Part shown: piece after piece, positions 51,309 through 61,510 of the stretch
Numbering within the stretch: the first letter of the stretch is position 1
Layout: each line of letters starts with the position of its first letter
Origin: Candidatus Moraniibacteriota bacterium
GTDB lineage: Bacteria; Patescibacteriota; Minisyncoccia; Moranbacterales; UBA1568
Length of the DNA: 64,000 bases
Direction of reading: 5' to 3'
Assembly (NCBI GenBank): GCA_963778555.1
Contig: CAVZUR010000004.1
Coordinates: forward strand, 180,151 to 244,150
Program-made: the position numbers and the translations under genes
Notes under the pieces: model-generated
Database searches by the model: none
What the model saw: only the letters and a program-made list of their open reading frames with translations
What the model was told of the DNA's origin: nothing

Positions 51309-53321
51309 TCAAGATTCATTCTCCTTTTCCTGGCGAGCGCCATCAATGAGCGCCCGGACCGCACTAACGTTGATATCTGGCTTTCGGCGCAGCGCCTTAA
51401 ACTTCTTGGGTTCAATATGCTGGGTCTGAGAGAGTTTCATCGGAACTTCGGTAGAGGCATAGGCACGATGCTCGGTCGAACGGCGGTGCCCCTCCTCCGG
51501 TTTCCGGTCGACGGTCCGCGTCTCCGCGGCTGGCCTGGATTTTTCCAGCTGCGCTTGGCGCTCTCGCGCTACCGCTCGCTGATAATCACGCAGACAATCC
51601 TTGCAGAATGTCGGCCGCGAGGCATCCGGCTCAAATGGCACCTCGATATCAATGCCGCATGTCGCGCAGACCGCCGGATAGAGGATTTTTTCCGGGACGG
51701 TTTCGGGCAGCGTTTCATCAGCCGTGCGCTCTGTTTCTTCTAGCGTGAATGTTGGAGGGACGATGATCGGCTTCGCCAAAACGGGCGACACTTTCTTTTC
51801 AACCTTTTTCGCCTCTGAAGAAAGTGGCACTGGCGTTTCCTCCAGCAGCGGTATTTCAGCCGTGGCGAAGGAGTGAGCAGCCGCGGGTGCGACCGACTGT
51901 TGCACCGACTTCACGACCGGCTTGGAGACGGGTCTCGGTAGCGGTTTCGGAATCGGTTTCGGCCGCGGGGTAATCGGGGCTGGCGCAGGCGTCGCTGCCG
52001 GTGCGGGTCGCAGCGCCGCTTTCTCTTCATCCGTGAGCATGCCGGTCCAGCGACGAATCTTGTCCTCAACCTCTTGCTGCGACGAAGCATAGCGTTCGCG
52101 AGAACCAGCGATAACTTTATCGTTGATGCCCGGCGTTTCAATCAGAATCGGCGGTAAGGTCGTCGCCGAAAACGCGTCACCAGCGATGCCGTCGATCATG
52201 AGTTTCAGATAAATCTGGTATTTCGGTAGATTGATCAGGTCATTCATCATGAAGACCGGCTCGAATTCTTTTTCGAGGAGCTCCGCGTCGGGCGCGCCGA
52301 CCCGGAAAGCGACCAGCGTCCCGCAGTTGCCGAAAACCGCATCACTCACTTTTTCCTCAAGCTGCGTGATGTATTGGTTGGCGAGAATGAGCGACAGACG
52401 GTATTTACGCGCCTCGGAAAGAATGTTGGCGAACGAATCCGTCGCGAAATTCTGGAATTCGTCGACGTAGAGGTAGAAGTCCTTGCGTTCTTCCTCTGGG
52501 ATATCAGCCCGGCCCATCGCGGCAAGCTGGATTTTGGTGATCATCATCGCGCCCAGGAGCGCGCTCGAATCCTCGCCGATCTTGCCCTTGGCCAAGTTCA
52601 TGATGAGGATCTTCTTGTTATCCATGATTTCGCGCACATCGAACGCGCTCGTCGGCTGGCCGATGATGTTGCGGATGAGACTGTTCGATGTGAACTGCCC
52701 GACCTTGTTCTGAATCGGCGAAATAACTTCTTGCAGTACGCGCTCATTCCAACCGGCGAACTCGACGGTCCAGAACTGCTTCACCACTGGATCAGTGACT
52801 TTCTCCATCACACGTTCTCGGTAGCTTTTGTCGACAAGAATACGCATGACGCCCAACAGGCTCGCGCCCGGGTATTCAAGGAGAGCGAGGATAGCATTCC
52901 GCAGGATATATTCGAGCCGCGGCCCCCAAGAATCGGCCCAGATTTTCTTGAAAACACCGACCAAGCCCGACGCGACAAGCGACCGCTGGTCAGGTCCGAC
53001 CTGTTCGAGTACATTAAACGCGATCGGGAACGCCTGATCGGCCGGATCGAAATAGATGACATCGTTGATACGCTCCGGCGGGATGGCTTTGATGAGCTTT
53101 AACGCGACATCACCGTGCGGATCGATAAAGCAAATACCATGACCCTGCTGGATATCTTGGATAGCGAGGTTCTCGAGCAGATTGGTCTTGCCCATACCCG
53201 TCTTGCCCAAGAGGTACATGTGCCGCCGGCGGTCATCGGCTTTGATGCCGAACACGCGTTCCTGATTGCGGAAATTAGTCTTGGCGAAGACTGTGATTGG
53301 ATTGTCAGTGGGCTCAGGCAT
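51309..53321 (-). CDS. type IV coupling protein/HerA-like ATPase with C-terminal CxxC-x17-CxxC zinc ribbon
   Basis: GKTGMGKT, IDPHGD, WGPRLEYIL, YVDEFQNF, LSEARKY; Pro-rich linker; CATC...CKDC. Confidence 0.9.
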   Translation of the reverse strand: MPEPTDNPITVFAKTNFRNQERVFGIKADDRRRHMYLLGKTGMGKTNLLENLAIQDIQQGHGICFIDPHGDVALKLIKAIPPERINDVIYFDPADQAFPIAFNVLEQVGPDQRSLVASGLVGVFKKIWADSWGPRLEYILRNAILALLEYPGASLLGVMRILVDKSYRERVMEKVTDPVVKQFWTVEFAGWNERVLQEVISPIQNKVGQFTSNSLIRNIIGQPTSAFDVREIMDNKKILIMNLAKGKIGEDSSALLGAMMITKIQLAAMGRADIPEEERKDFYLYVDEFQNFATDSFANILSEARKYRLSLILANQYITQLEEKVSDAVFGNCGTLVAFRVGAPDAELLEKEFEPVFMMNDLINLPKYQIYLKLMIDGIAGDAFSATTLPPILIETPGINDKVIAGSRERYASSQQEVEDKIRRWTGMLTDEEKAALRPAPAATPAPAPITPRPKPIPKPLPRPVSKPVVKSVQQSVAPAAAHSFATAEIPLLEETPVPLSSEAKKVEKKVSPVLAKPIIVPPTFTLEETERTADETLPETVPEKILYPAVCATCGIDIEVPFEPDASRPTFCKDCLRDYQRAVARERQAQLEKSRPAAETRTVDRKPEEGHRRSTEHRAYASTEVPMKLSQTQHIEPKKFKALRRKPDINVSAVRALIDGARQEKENES

Positions 53322-53381
53322 AAGATGCGTTGATCTTTAGGTAGACAGAGAAGACGGTCCCGAACGAGACTGGAGTGCTCA

Positions 53382-54659
53382 TCATTGTACTGGCAAATTG
53401 CCGGGTGCGCCACCGCGCTTGGAAGTGACGCGGGTGAGGGCAGGCGCCAGCACCTGCATGTCCGGCAAATGAAACACCGTTGCTAGCTCTTCGGACGAGA
53501 ACAAGAAGCGGTTTTCCACCGGATCGGAGTCTCGGGTAATGTAACGTCGGAAAATCCGGCGCTGGCGGTAACGCAGCCGCTGTTCCACCATGAGGTAGCC
53601 AGCGTATGTCTTTGTCAGATCATCCGGCACCATGCTGTTGAGCGTCAGGTCATTGAACTGCTTGATGCCACCGATGAAGGCCGACACGCCGGTCGCCTTG
53701 GAGAAATGCTCCCGCTTGCCAAGATAGATATGGCGCATCTTGGTCTGGAACATCGGTTTGCTGATATTGCTCTCGAGCGCCTTCAGGGTATCCTTCTGCC
53801 CCGGTGTCAGACGGAACTCGACCGGCTGTTCTTCAGCGGCCGCCTTTTCCTCAAGACTCGTCCACGTCAATTCATTACCCAAAAGACCGGAGAACAAGTT
53901 ACGAAACACATCCGACAAATCGTGCCAAACCCGCGCGAAAATGCCCATCCCCTTGACTTCTTCATGCCCGAGGAATTCTTCGATCGTCGCCTGGCCTTTT
54001 TTCGGTCCCCAGTCTTCTTTGATTGGCGTAATCAGAAATTGCAGCCACAAATGCTGGTCCGGACCGATCTTGCCCATCGTCTCGATCAGGCCAGCCAAGG
54101 GATCGATCATCTTCCCAGTCACCGACTCCTCGAAAAATTTATAGGTCCGGATCGGGTACAGGTCTGGTTTGAATAGCTTAAATTCAGTTCCCCAGAGGTC
54201 CCAGTCTTTGTTCGGGATGGTGCGTGGTACAGCTTTGGTGTAATCTTCCGCTTCGACGATTTCGACATTCGGATACTGGCCGTAAAAATGCGCCTCCACC
54301 AAGTTGCGAAACTGTTTCTGCGTGCGAATATACATGTGGACTTGGCCCTCGGTACTCACGAGTTCTAAGCAAAACTTCGCCGGAAACTCACCCAGGACGT
54401 ATTCTTCGAAAACGTTCGAGCTCTTGATGACACCGGCAAACCCAGAATAGATGAGCTCCATCGGGTGAGGGCTTTTTTCAAGCTCCTTGGGTGAAATGAT
54501 CTCGAGCAGCACCCACTCGATTTTACTCGAGAACTTCTCGTTTCGGCTGTCGAGCCACAGCAGCATGAAAATCGGGTATGCGAAAAACGGTACGACGACG
54601 TACCAGACGTCGCTCGCGACCGAGGCGATGACGGCGATATTGTGAAAAAATTCGGCCAT
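53382..54659 (-). CDS. conserved hypothetical membrane-anchored partner of the ATPase
   Basis: LLEIISP, YGQYPNVEI, EELATVFHLP; operonic with the ATPase. Confidence 0.8.
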   Translation of the reverse strand: MAEFFHNIAVIASVASDVWYVVVPFFAYPIFMLLWLDSRNEKFSSKIEWVLLEIISPKELEKSPHPMELIYSGFAGVIKSSNVFEEYVLGEFPAKFCLELVSTEGQVHMYIRTQKQFRNLVEAHFYGQYPNVEIVEAEDYTKAVPRTIPNKDWDLWGTEFKLFKPDLYPIRTYKFFEESVTGKMIDPLAGLIETMGKIGPDQHLWLQFLITPIKEDWGPKKGQATIEEFLGHEEVKGMGIFARVWHDLSDVFRNLFSGLLGNELTWTSLEEKAAAEEQPVEFRLTPGQKDTLKALESNISKPMFQTKMRHIYLGKREHFSKATGVSAFIGGIKQFNDLTLNSMVPDDLTKTYAGYLMVEQRLRYRQRRIFRRYITRDSDPVENRFLFSSEELATVFHLPDMQVLAPALTRVTSKRGGAPGNLPVQ

Positions 54660-54764
54660 GCCACTGAAGTCACTCGTGAGTTAGAGAGCGTTGTCTCACT
54701 CCACTATGCAGTATAGAGGCTTGCGCCCCGCGCGAAAACCCCTCGTCGGAAAAGGGCTAGCGAC

Positions 54765-55841
54765 TTACTTCTTTTTCTCTGTGATCGAATAGATGTTCTT
54801 CCCCACTTTTGTGAAAAAACTGTTGAGATTGATGATGACCGTCGAACGCTTCACTTGGCGGACTTTCATAACTGCTTTCAGGAGCTCTTCGCGCGACATC
54901 GGTGCTTCTTTCTCCTTCAAGATAGATGAAAGCACCTCGCGCACCGTTCCTGGACGATAGCCCCAGTCCGACAAAGCGTATGTGCCCCGACCGACGAGAA
55001 CGAATCGGATATCTTTGATGAGTTCATTATGGACCGTCTGAGGATGAGTCTGCTTGCCATTCTTATACAGCCCGTGCTCGTCGATGAGGCGAGCAATCTC
55101 ACGGAAATGCAGTGGCTTCTTCATCACTTGAAGGATGAGGTGAGCACGTTCACGAGTACCACGCGGGCGCACGGCGCTCCAGTGTGACAAACCGTAGCGG
55201 CCGAAGACGTTCTTCTCGATTTCCGTCGATGGCGCGAGAAAATAATCAAAGGCTTCCTTTTCCATAGTCTGATCGCCGCTCTGCTTCACGTACAGCGCAT
55301 AGAGCTCCTCAAGCGACAGAACAGCGTCAGTCTCTTCGAGCAAATGTACAACAGTGGCAATCACCTTCTCCCAAGAAACCATGGAGAAGCCATCGATGGT
55401 GACAACGCTCTTTCGCTTGGCTGTCTCTTTGCTGATAGACATGCCCGGAAATGAAGACAGAAGCGCAAAGAACGCTTTTTTCTCTGAAACATCTCGGTCG
55501 CTCAATGTTTCCAAAAGGTCGTCAACCGCCACAATGCCGCCTCGCCTCTTAATGGCATCGGTGACACGGTGGATAAGTGAATGTTCCCGCTCACGCGAAA
55601 CAATCTCCTTGATACGAGTCATGATGACGTCGACGATCTGGCGCACACGCTCACGCGTGATGCCATGCACTTGTCCGATCTCCTCGAGAGTCTTCTCTCG
55701 CCCATCCGTGATGCCAAAACGCTCGCGGACGATTACGCCGGAACGATCCGGAAAAGACGCGAGCAGCACGTCCAACAGCTCCCGCATCGAACGAGCGCTT
55801 GACAGGCTGATAGAATCTATAGCTTTCCGTCTCTCGGCCAT
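54765..55841 (-). CDS. sigma70 region-4 HTH plus C-terminal winged-helix (RNAP delta-like) protein
   Basis: TLEEIGQVHGITRERVRQI; PLHFREI..TVHNELIKD.RFVLVGRGTYAL. Confidence 0.85.
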   Translation of the reverse strand: MAERRKAIDSISLSSARSMRELLDVLLASFPDRSGVIVRERFGITDGREKTLEEIGQVHGITRERVRQIVDVIMTRIKEIVSREREHSLIHRVTDAIKRRGGIVAVDDLLETLSDRDVSEKKAFFALLSSFPGMSISKETAKRKSVVTIDGFSMVSWEKVIATVVHLLEETDAVLSLEELYALYVKQSGDQTMEKEAFDYFLAPSTEIEKNVFGRYGLSHWSAVRPRGTRERAHLILQVMKKPLHFREIARLIDEHGLYKNGKQTHPQTVHNELIKDIRFVLVGRGTYALSDWGYRPGTVREVLSSILKEKEAPMSREELLKAVMKVRQVKRSTVIINLNSFFTKVGKNIYSITEKKK

Positions 55842-55959
55842 AAAAAACACCGGGAATTAAGGTTTTTGAGAACGCCTCATATTAACGCATATTACGATAT
55901 TTTGTCAAGAGTCTGGACATAATTTACATCATTTTACTTTCCTTTATCCGAGCCCTTGT

Positions 55960-55988
55960 TTGCCATTGACAATTCTGTTGTGTATAAT
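55960..55988 (+). promoter_or_regulatory. sigma70-like promoter
   Basis: TTGCCA-N17-TATAAT in an AT-rich divergent spacer; a TTGACA for the leftward gene lies on the minus strand near 55903-55908. Confidence 0.6.
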
Positions 55989-56047
55989 TTTAATAGGCAT
56001 CATGAAAAGAAAAGTGAGCCGAAAAATACATATCGAAATACATATCT

Positions 56048-56803
56048 ATGCCCGACGTTTCTACCGAACCGAATTCACAGCCAGTTGCCGACCAGAGTAA
56101 CAAGATTCAGGCCCTCCGAGAAATGGTCTTGAATGCGGAGCGTACTATTCAGGGCGCCAAGGCGATGCTCCTACAGCTGGAGGGCAAGAAAAAAACCGGC
56201 CGGCCCAAGAAGACTGACGATGACGGTCTCGGCACGGTTATCGAGGGTGCTTTTGACGGTCAGATTATGTTCGGCACGGATGGGAAGCAGTATCCGGTTC
56301 CAGCGAACTACGCCTCCAAGTCGAAACTCGTGGAGGGCGATATGTTGAAGCTCACGATCACGCCCGACGGTTCTTTCATTTACAAGCAAATCGGACCGGT
56401 GGATCGGCGTCACGCGATCGGCATCGTCAGCCAGGATGAAAATGGTAACTACCATATCGTCGTTGAAGGTGAGCCATTCCGGGTCCTCCTCGCCTCAATT
56501 ACTTATTTCCGTGCGGAACCCGGTGACGAGGTGGCGGTAATGCTGCCTCGGGACCTCTCGGCCTCCTGGGTGGCAATTGAAAACATCCTCCAGAAAGGGG
56601 CCTTGGGCACACCCGCGCCAGCCGTCAAGAAGCCCAGCGAGCGCCATCTTAGTGCCGACTGGAAGAAAGACCTGGTGACCGAGAAACCCGCAGCAGCGGA
56701 TGGGGTGACGCCAGAGGAAAAATCAGACACTACGGTCTCCCCACTCGATGCGTGGGTTAAAGATATGGAAGCCATAGAAAAGGAAATCGCCGAGGGACGC
56801 TAA
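56048..56803 (+). CDS. conserved hypothetical protein
   Basis: IEGAFDGQ.M...DGKQYPVPANYASKSKLVEGD.LKL motif. Confidence 0.8.
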   Translation: MPDVSTEPNSQPVADQSNKIQALREMVLNAERTIQGAKAMLLQLEGKKKTGRPKKTDDDGLGTVIEGAFDGQIMFGTDGKQYPVPANYASKSKLVEGDMLKLTITPDGSFIYKQIGPVDRRHAIGIVSQDENGNYHIVVEGEPFRVLLASITYFRAEPGDEVAVMLPRDLSASWVAIENILQKGALGTPAPAVKKPSERHLSADWKKDLVTEKPAAADGVTPEEKSDTTVSPLDAWVKDMEAIEKEIAEGR

Positions 56804-56837
56804 CCGCATTGAAATAATCTCATTAATTTTTACCGCC

Positions 56838-57317
56838 ATGGAAGCAGCTGTTGTGCCGGGTCAAGCGGAACCATTGTTGTCAAGAGACCGGATTGCTCGA
56901 CTCGTGAAGCAGTTCTCGAAATTCGTCATCGTTGGCGGCGTGAACACTGGTATCGATTTCGCTGTTCTCTACGCCCTGGTCACCGTGACTGGCATCACGA
57001 GCGGCATCGAGCTCTTCGTCCTCAATGCCATGTCCTTCTCTGTTGCGGTGGTCAACAGCTACTTCATGAACAAGTTCTGGACTTTCGAAGACAAGACGAA
57101 AACACAACAAGAGCCCTTTAAATTCTCCCAGTTCCTTATTATCAGCGTAATCGGTATCGGCATCAACGGCGGAGTGCTCACGCTCATCACCGGCAGCATC
57201 GCTCCGATGTTCGGCCTCAGTGAGAAGCTGTGGGTTCTCTGCGCTAAACTCTTTGCGACAGGATTCTCGCTCGTCTGGAACTTCATTGGTTACAAGCTTT
57301 TCGTCTTCAAAAAATAA
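56838..57317 (+). CDS. GtrA family protein
   Basis: KFVIVGGVNTGIDF, NSYFMNKFWTF, WNFIGYKLFVF. Confidence 0.92.
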   Translation: MEAAVVPGQAEPLLSRDRIARLVKQFSKFVIVGGVNTGIDFAVLYALVTVTGITSGIELFVLNAMSFSVAVVNSYFMNKFWTFEDKTKTQQEPFKFSQFLIISVIGIGINGGVLTLITGSIAPMFGLSEKLWVLCAKLFATGFSLVWNFIGYKLFVFKK

Positions 57318-57421
57318 TCCGAGCGCTCTGCTCGCCCCGCCCTTCTGGCGGGTTTTTGTTTCGATTTAAGGGAGACGGTATACTAGAAGGCACTATCCTC
57401 CATTCTCTCCATCCCGTCACT

Positions 57422-59041
57422 ATGTCTGAAACCTTCTACCGTAAATACCGCCCCCTCCAATTCAAGGACGTCATCGGCCAAAAGACGGCCGTGACGGTCC
57501 TCACGCAGAGCCTGGTAACCGGGAAACTCGCCCACGCCTACCTCTTTACCGGTCCCCGCGGCACCGGCAAGACGACCCTTGCACGGCTGTTTGCCAAAGC
57601 ACTCAACTGCTCGAATCGAAAAGGTTTCGAACCCTGCGGGCAATGCGTTCACTGCACCGCTATGGCCGAAGGTCGCTCGCTGGATATCATCGAGATCGAT
57701 GCCGCCTCGCACACCGGCGTCGACAATATCCGGGAACTGCGCGAGACGGTGACGTCGGCGCCCGTCCTCGGCAGCCATAAAGTCTATATCATTGACGAGG
57801 CCCATATGCTCTCGATCGGCGCCTGGAACGCGCTCTTGAAGACCATCGAGGAGCCGCCGGCACACGTCGTCTTCATCCTCGCCACGACGAACGCGGCCAA
57901 GGTGCCCGAAACCATTCTCTCCCGGACGCTCCGTCTTGATCTCCGGCGCTTCCCGGTCGAAATGATCGTGTCCAAGCTCGAAAAAATCGCACGAGCCGAA
58001 AAGCTCACTATCGACAAAGATGCGCTCACCCTCATCGCTCGGACTGCTCAAGGTGGGATGCGCGATGCCGAAATACTATTCACGCAGATCGCGACCCTTG
58101 AAGTCTCGCCCATCGATGCTGAGCGCGTCGCGCTCCTCCTCGGGACAACGACCTTGGCTGCCAATCACGCGCTCATTTCCGCCATCGCCGCCCAGGATCT
58201 GCCCGTCGCATTCGAGACTGTCAGCCGACTCCGCGATGCCGGCGCCAACCTCTCGCATTTCACACTATCACTCCTTGAATACTTACGCCGGCTTCTCTTC
58301 GCTGCAGTCGATAAAGCAGCAGCTGAAAAGCTTATCGCTGACCTGACCCAGGAAGAAAAAACTGAACTCCTCGTTCTCGCTGCCAAGCTCGGTGCCGACC
58401 GTATCGTCGAATGCCTTGAGCGTTTCCAGGAAGCCGATCGGCTGATAAAAGTCTCGCCCTTACCCGAACTTCCAATTGAGATTGCGCTCGTAAAGCTCAT
58501 CACGACGGAGACACCAAAGCCCATGGAGAAAACAAAAAGCGATGGTAGCAACAAAGAGACCACCGCCGCACCCAATGCCGCACCGCCTCAGCCGAAAGCT
58601 GCTTTCACCGCGAAGCAATCGGTCGCTACCGGGACGGCGCCAGCTGTCTCGCCTGACGAAGTAAATCTGGTTGCCGAAAAGACCGGCGCGCCAGTCGACC
58701 TGAGCCTAGCGATACGGCAATGGCAGGCCATCATGACGCATGCGCTCCGGCTCAACGCCTCGCTCGGTGTCGCCCTCTCAACCGCCGTCCCCGTCATCAA
58801 GGGCGACAAGCTCACGCTCCAAGTGAAGTACCCGTTCCACAAGGAGCGCCTTGAGCAGAACACGAACCGATTGACTCTCGACCAGGCCTTTGTTACGATT
58901 TTGGGGTTTCGTGCACCTTGGAGCGTCATAACAGAAAAAGACGCTGCCCGAGATACAGACGCCACACCAACCAAGCGTCCCGCCATCATCAATGAAGCGA
59001 TTCAGATGCTCGGCGGCGAGCTCGTTCAGGAGAGTTCCTAG
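57422..59041 (+). CDS. dnaX: DNA polymerase III subunit gamma/tau
   Basis: YRKYRP, GPRGTGKTT, EIDAAS, IIDEAHML, NALLKTIEEPP. Confidence 0.97.
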   Translation: MSETFYRKYRPLQFKDVIGQKTAVTVLTQSLVTGKLAHAYLFTGPRGTGKTTLARLFAKALNCSNRKGFEPCGQCVHCTAMAEGRSLDIIEIDAASHTGVDNIRELRETVTSAPVLGSHKVYIIDEAHMLSIGAWNALLKTIEEPPAHVVFILATTNAAKVPETILSRTLRLDLRRFPVEMIVSKLEKIARAEKLTIDKDALTLIARTAQGGMRDAEILFTQIATLEVSPIDAERVALLLGTTTLAANHALISAIAAQDLPVAFETVSRLRDAGANLSHFTLSLLEYLRRLLFAAVDKAAAEKLIADLTQEEKTELLVLAAKLGADRIVECLERFQEADRLIKVSPLPELPIEIALVKLITTETPKPMEKTKSDGSNKETTAAPNAAPPQPKAAFTAKQSVATGTAPAVSPDEVNLVAEKTGAPVDLSLAIRQWQAIMTHALRLNASLGVALSTAVPVIKGDKLTLQVKYPFHKERLEQNTNRLTLDQAFVTILGFRAPWSVITEKDAARDTDATPTKRPAIINEAIQMLGGELVQESS

Positions 59042-59139
59042 TGTGGTTTAGTTGTTAGGGTTTAGTTCGAAAAGGCGGGGTATCTCACTTGGTTCTTCCC
59101 TCTAAGAACTATCTTCTAATCCCGAGTGACCGCATTTAT

Positions 59140-59211
59140 TGGGGAGTAGCCAAGCGGTAAGGCAGGGGCCTTTGAAGCCTCCATGCGATGGTTCGATCCC
59201 ATCCTCCCCAG
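59140..59211 (+). tRNA. tRNA-Gln (anticodon TTG), CCA not encoded
   Basis: acceptor TGGGGAG/CTCCCCA, D-arm AGCCAAGCGGTAAGGC, anticodon loop CTTTGAA, T-loop GTTCGATC. Confidence 0.95.
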
Positions 59212-59286
59212 CTTTCATAAGAAAAATACCCCTTGTGGGTGTTTTTGCTTATGCTAGGATTGGTTGAAGCATTATCAGGCCTCCGC

Positions 59287-60189
59287 ATGAAACACATCAT
59301 CGAGTCGCAGCAATTTGATCAAAAAATAATCAACCAGATTTTCACTCTCGCAGATAAGTTGAAGAAAAGAAAGGATACTTCGCTCAAGGGTAAAATCATG
59401 GCAACCCTGTTCTATGAACCGAGTACCCGGACTCGGTTTTCTTTCGAGTCAGCGATGCTCCGGCTCGGCGGCAGCGTCATCACCACGGAAAACGCCAAAG
59501 AATTCTCGTCTGTTTCCAAAGGCGAGACGTTGGAAGACTCCATCCGGGTCATCAGCCAGTATGTCGATGTCATCGTCTTGCGCCATGACGAAGCCGGGGC
59601 CTCGAAGCGAGCGGCGCTCGTCTCGGATGTTCCGGTCATCAATGCGGGCGATGGCGCCGGCCAACATCCCACGCAGGCCCTGCTGGACTTGTATACGATA
59701 CAAAAGGAGCTCGGGAGAATAGATGACCTGCACGTCGCTTTCGTCGGCGATTTATTGCATGGCCGGACTATCCGCTCACTCGCCTACCTCCTCGGGAAAT
59801 ATTCGAACATTCGAATCAACTTCGTCTCGCCGAAAGCGCTCAGAGTCGGCGCAGACATAAAAAACTATCTCAAAAGGCATGCCGTCACTTTTTCTGAGAC
59901 CGAAGACCTCGATTCAGTCATCGGAAGCGTCGATGTTCTCTATCAAACCCGGATTCAAAAGGAGCGCTTTATAAGTCTGAAGGAATACAACCGCTTCAAA
60001 GGCTGCTATCAAATCGATAATCGATTGGTAAAGAAAATGAAGGCAGAAGCGATCATCATGCATCCCCTGCCACGTGTTGATGAAATTTTACCCGAAGTTG
60101 ACGCATCACCCAAAGCCGTGTATTTCAAGCAAGCCCGCTACGGACTCCTCATCCGTATGGCCCTCTTGAAATACATTTTTGGCGTCTAA
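59287..60189 (+). CDS. pyrB: aspartate carbamoyltransferase catalytic subunit
   Basis: FYEPSTRT, INAGDG..QHPTQ, MHPLPR. Confidence 0.97.
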   Translation: MKHIIESQQFDQKIINQIFTLADKLKKRKDTSLKGKIMATLFYEPSTRTRFSFESAMLRLGGSVITTENAKEFSSVSKGETLEDSIRVISQYVDVIVLRHDEAGASKRAALVSDVPVINAGDGAGQHPTQALLDLYTIQKELGRIDDLHVAFVGDLLHGRTIRSLAYLLGKYSNIRINFVSPKALRVGADIKNYLKRHAVTFSETEDLDSVIGSVDVLYQTRIQKERFISLKEYNRFKGCYQIDNRLVKKMKAEAIIMHPLPRVDEILPEVDASPKAVYFKQARYGLLIRMALLKYIFGV

Positions 60190-60193
60190 ATCT

Positions 60194-60511
60194 ATGCCAA
60201 CCTTCAGCGAACGAGTGGTGAAACTAGCACTGTCGATACCGGCCGGACGGGTGACGACGTATGGCCGAATCGCTCGCGCGGCGGGCGGCGGTAATATGGC
60301 ATCCCAGAGCATCACCGCCATCCTGTCTAAAGCCTGGGATAATGGCGCGAAGACTATCCCTTTCCACCGTATCGTCTATGCCGATGGACACATCTGGATC
60401 GATGCCCGCCACCGTGCGGCTCGGATGAAACTCTATAAGAAAGAAGGTATCACGCTGGACACAAGAGATCGCATCACAAATTTCTGCGCTCTACTCTTCG
60501 AATTCAAATAG
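60194..60511 (+). CDS. MGMT-family protein, alkyltransferase-like (no catalytic Cys)
   Basis: IPAGRVTTYGRIA; PFHRI in place of PCHRV. Confidence 0.85.
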   Translation: MPTFSERVVKLALSIPAGRVTTYGRIARAAGGGNMASQSITAILSKAWDNGAKTIPFHRIVYADGHIWIDARHRAARMKLYKKEGITLDTRDRITNFCALLFEFK

Positions 60512-60527
60512 CCCAAAAAGGAATCCA

Positions 60528-60560
60528 AAGAAAAACACCCTCTTTCGGGGTGTTTTCTTG
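60528..60560. terminator. bidirectional intrinsic terminator
   Basis: aagaaaaacaccc-tctttcg-gggtgttttctt between convergent genes. Confidence 0.7.
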
Positions 60561-60576
60561 ATTCGCAAAATAAGGC

Positions 60577-61401
60577 TTAGTCCTCGTCCTGGTTATTGTG
60601 CTCTGTATCCTGGCTGTTTTCATGATCATCATGTCGGTCATTCTCGTCTTCATCATTGTCGTCATGACGATCCCCCCGTTCGCCATCATGTTCGTCACGG
60701 TCGTCATCGTGGCGGTCATTTCGGTCACCGTCGTTATCATGGTTTCGGTCACCGTCGTGGTCGTCATCGTGTCCCCGGCCACGCTTGTTATGCTCCTTGT
60801 CGCCGTGCTCATCTGAGTCAGCATCGGAATCTTCTGAAATTTCGTCATTCTCCGATTCACACTCTTCCTCGATGTCACTCTCATTTTCAGAGTTCGATTC
60901 ATCTTCATCTACATCCTCAGTCTGATCATCATTGGTCGTCTCTTCATCTTGGCCATCCCCACCATTTCCGGAATTTTCATCCACTGGCTCATTAGCCGGT
61001 TCTTCAGGAGCGACGATTGGATCGGTCACAGCGATTTCCGAACCGTCGACGCCTGACTCATCATCACCATCTTCATCGGGATTGTTCGACGACGCACGAT
61101 GCTCCCGAGTCCCACCGCGCTTCTCTTTCTTGTCATCCGAGTCTGTTCCACCTGAAATGAAAGCCAGAGGAAAGTTTTCGCTATCAAACGCTCCTTCAGC
61201 CGACTGGTCATCATCAGGGAGTGTCCCACCGATAAAGTCATCCCCAGAAACAGTTTCCTCCGCAGCGCCGGGATTCTGGTCCTGATTGCCACCCATGACG
61301 GCATAGGCCAAGAGTAAGGCCAACAAGAGCAATAGGGCCACAAACCACTTTCGCTTATCCTCTTTCTTCATCCCATTCCACTGCTCGGTGACGCTTGCCA
61401 T
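60577..61401 (-). CDS. membrane-anchored acidic low-complexity protein (D/E/H-rich tail)
   Basis: N-terminal TM followed by a D/E/N/H-rich region. Confidence 0.75.
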   Translation of the reverse strand: MASVTEQWNGMKKEDKRKWFVALLLLLALLLAYAVMGGNQDQNPGAAEETVSGDDFIGGTLPDDDQSAEGAFDSENFPLAFISGGTDSDDKKEKRGGTREHRASSNNPDEDGDDESGVDGSEIAVTDPIVAPEEPANEPVDENSGNGGDGQDEETTNDDQTEDVDEDESNSENESDIEEECESENDEISEDSDADSDEHGDKEHNKRGRGHDDDHDGDRNHDNDGDRNDRHDDDRDEHDGERGDRHDDNDEDENDRHDDHENSQDTEHNNQDED

Positions 61402-61510
61402 AAAGTTGCTGGTTACGGCTTATTCGAAGTGAAGAGGCACACTAGGAAAAAACGGGGGGTTTGTCAAGCCCCGTCCGCTGATTTCTGAATGGAGGCAAAA
61501 AAAAGCCGCG

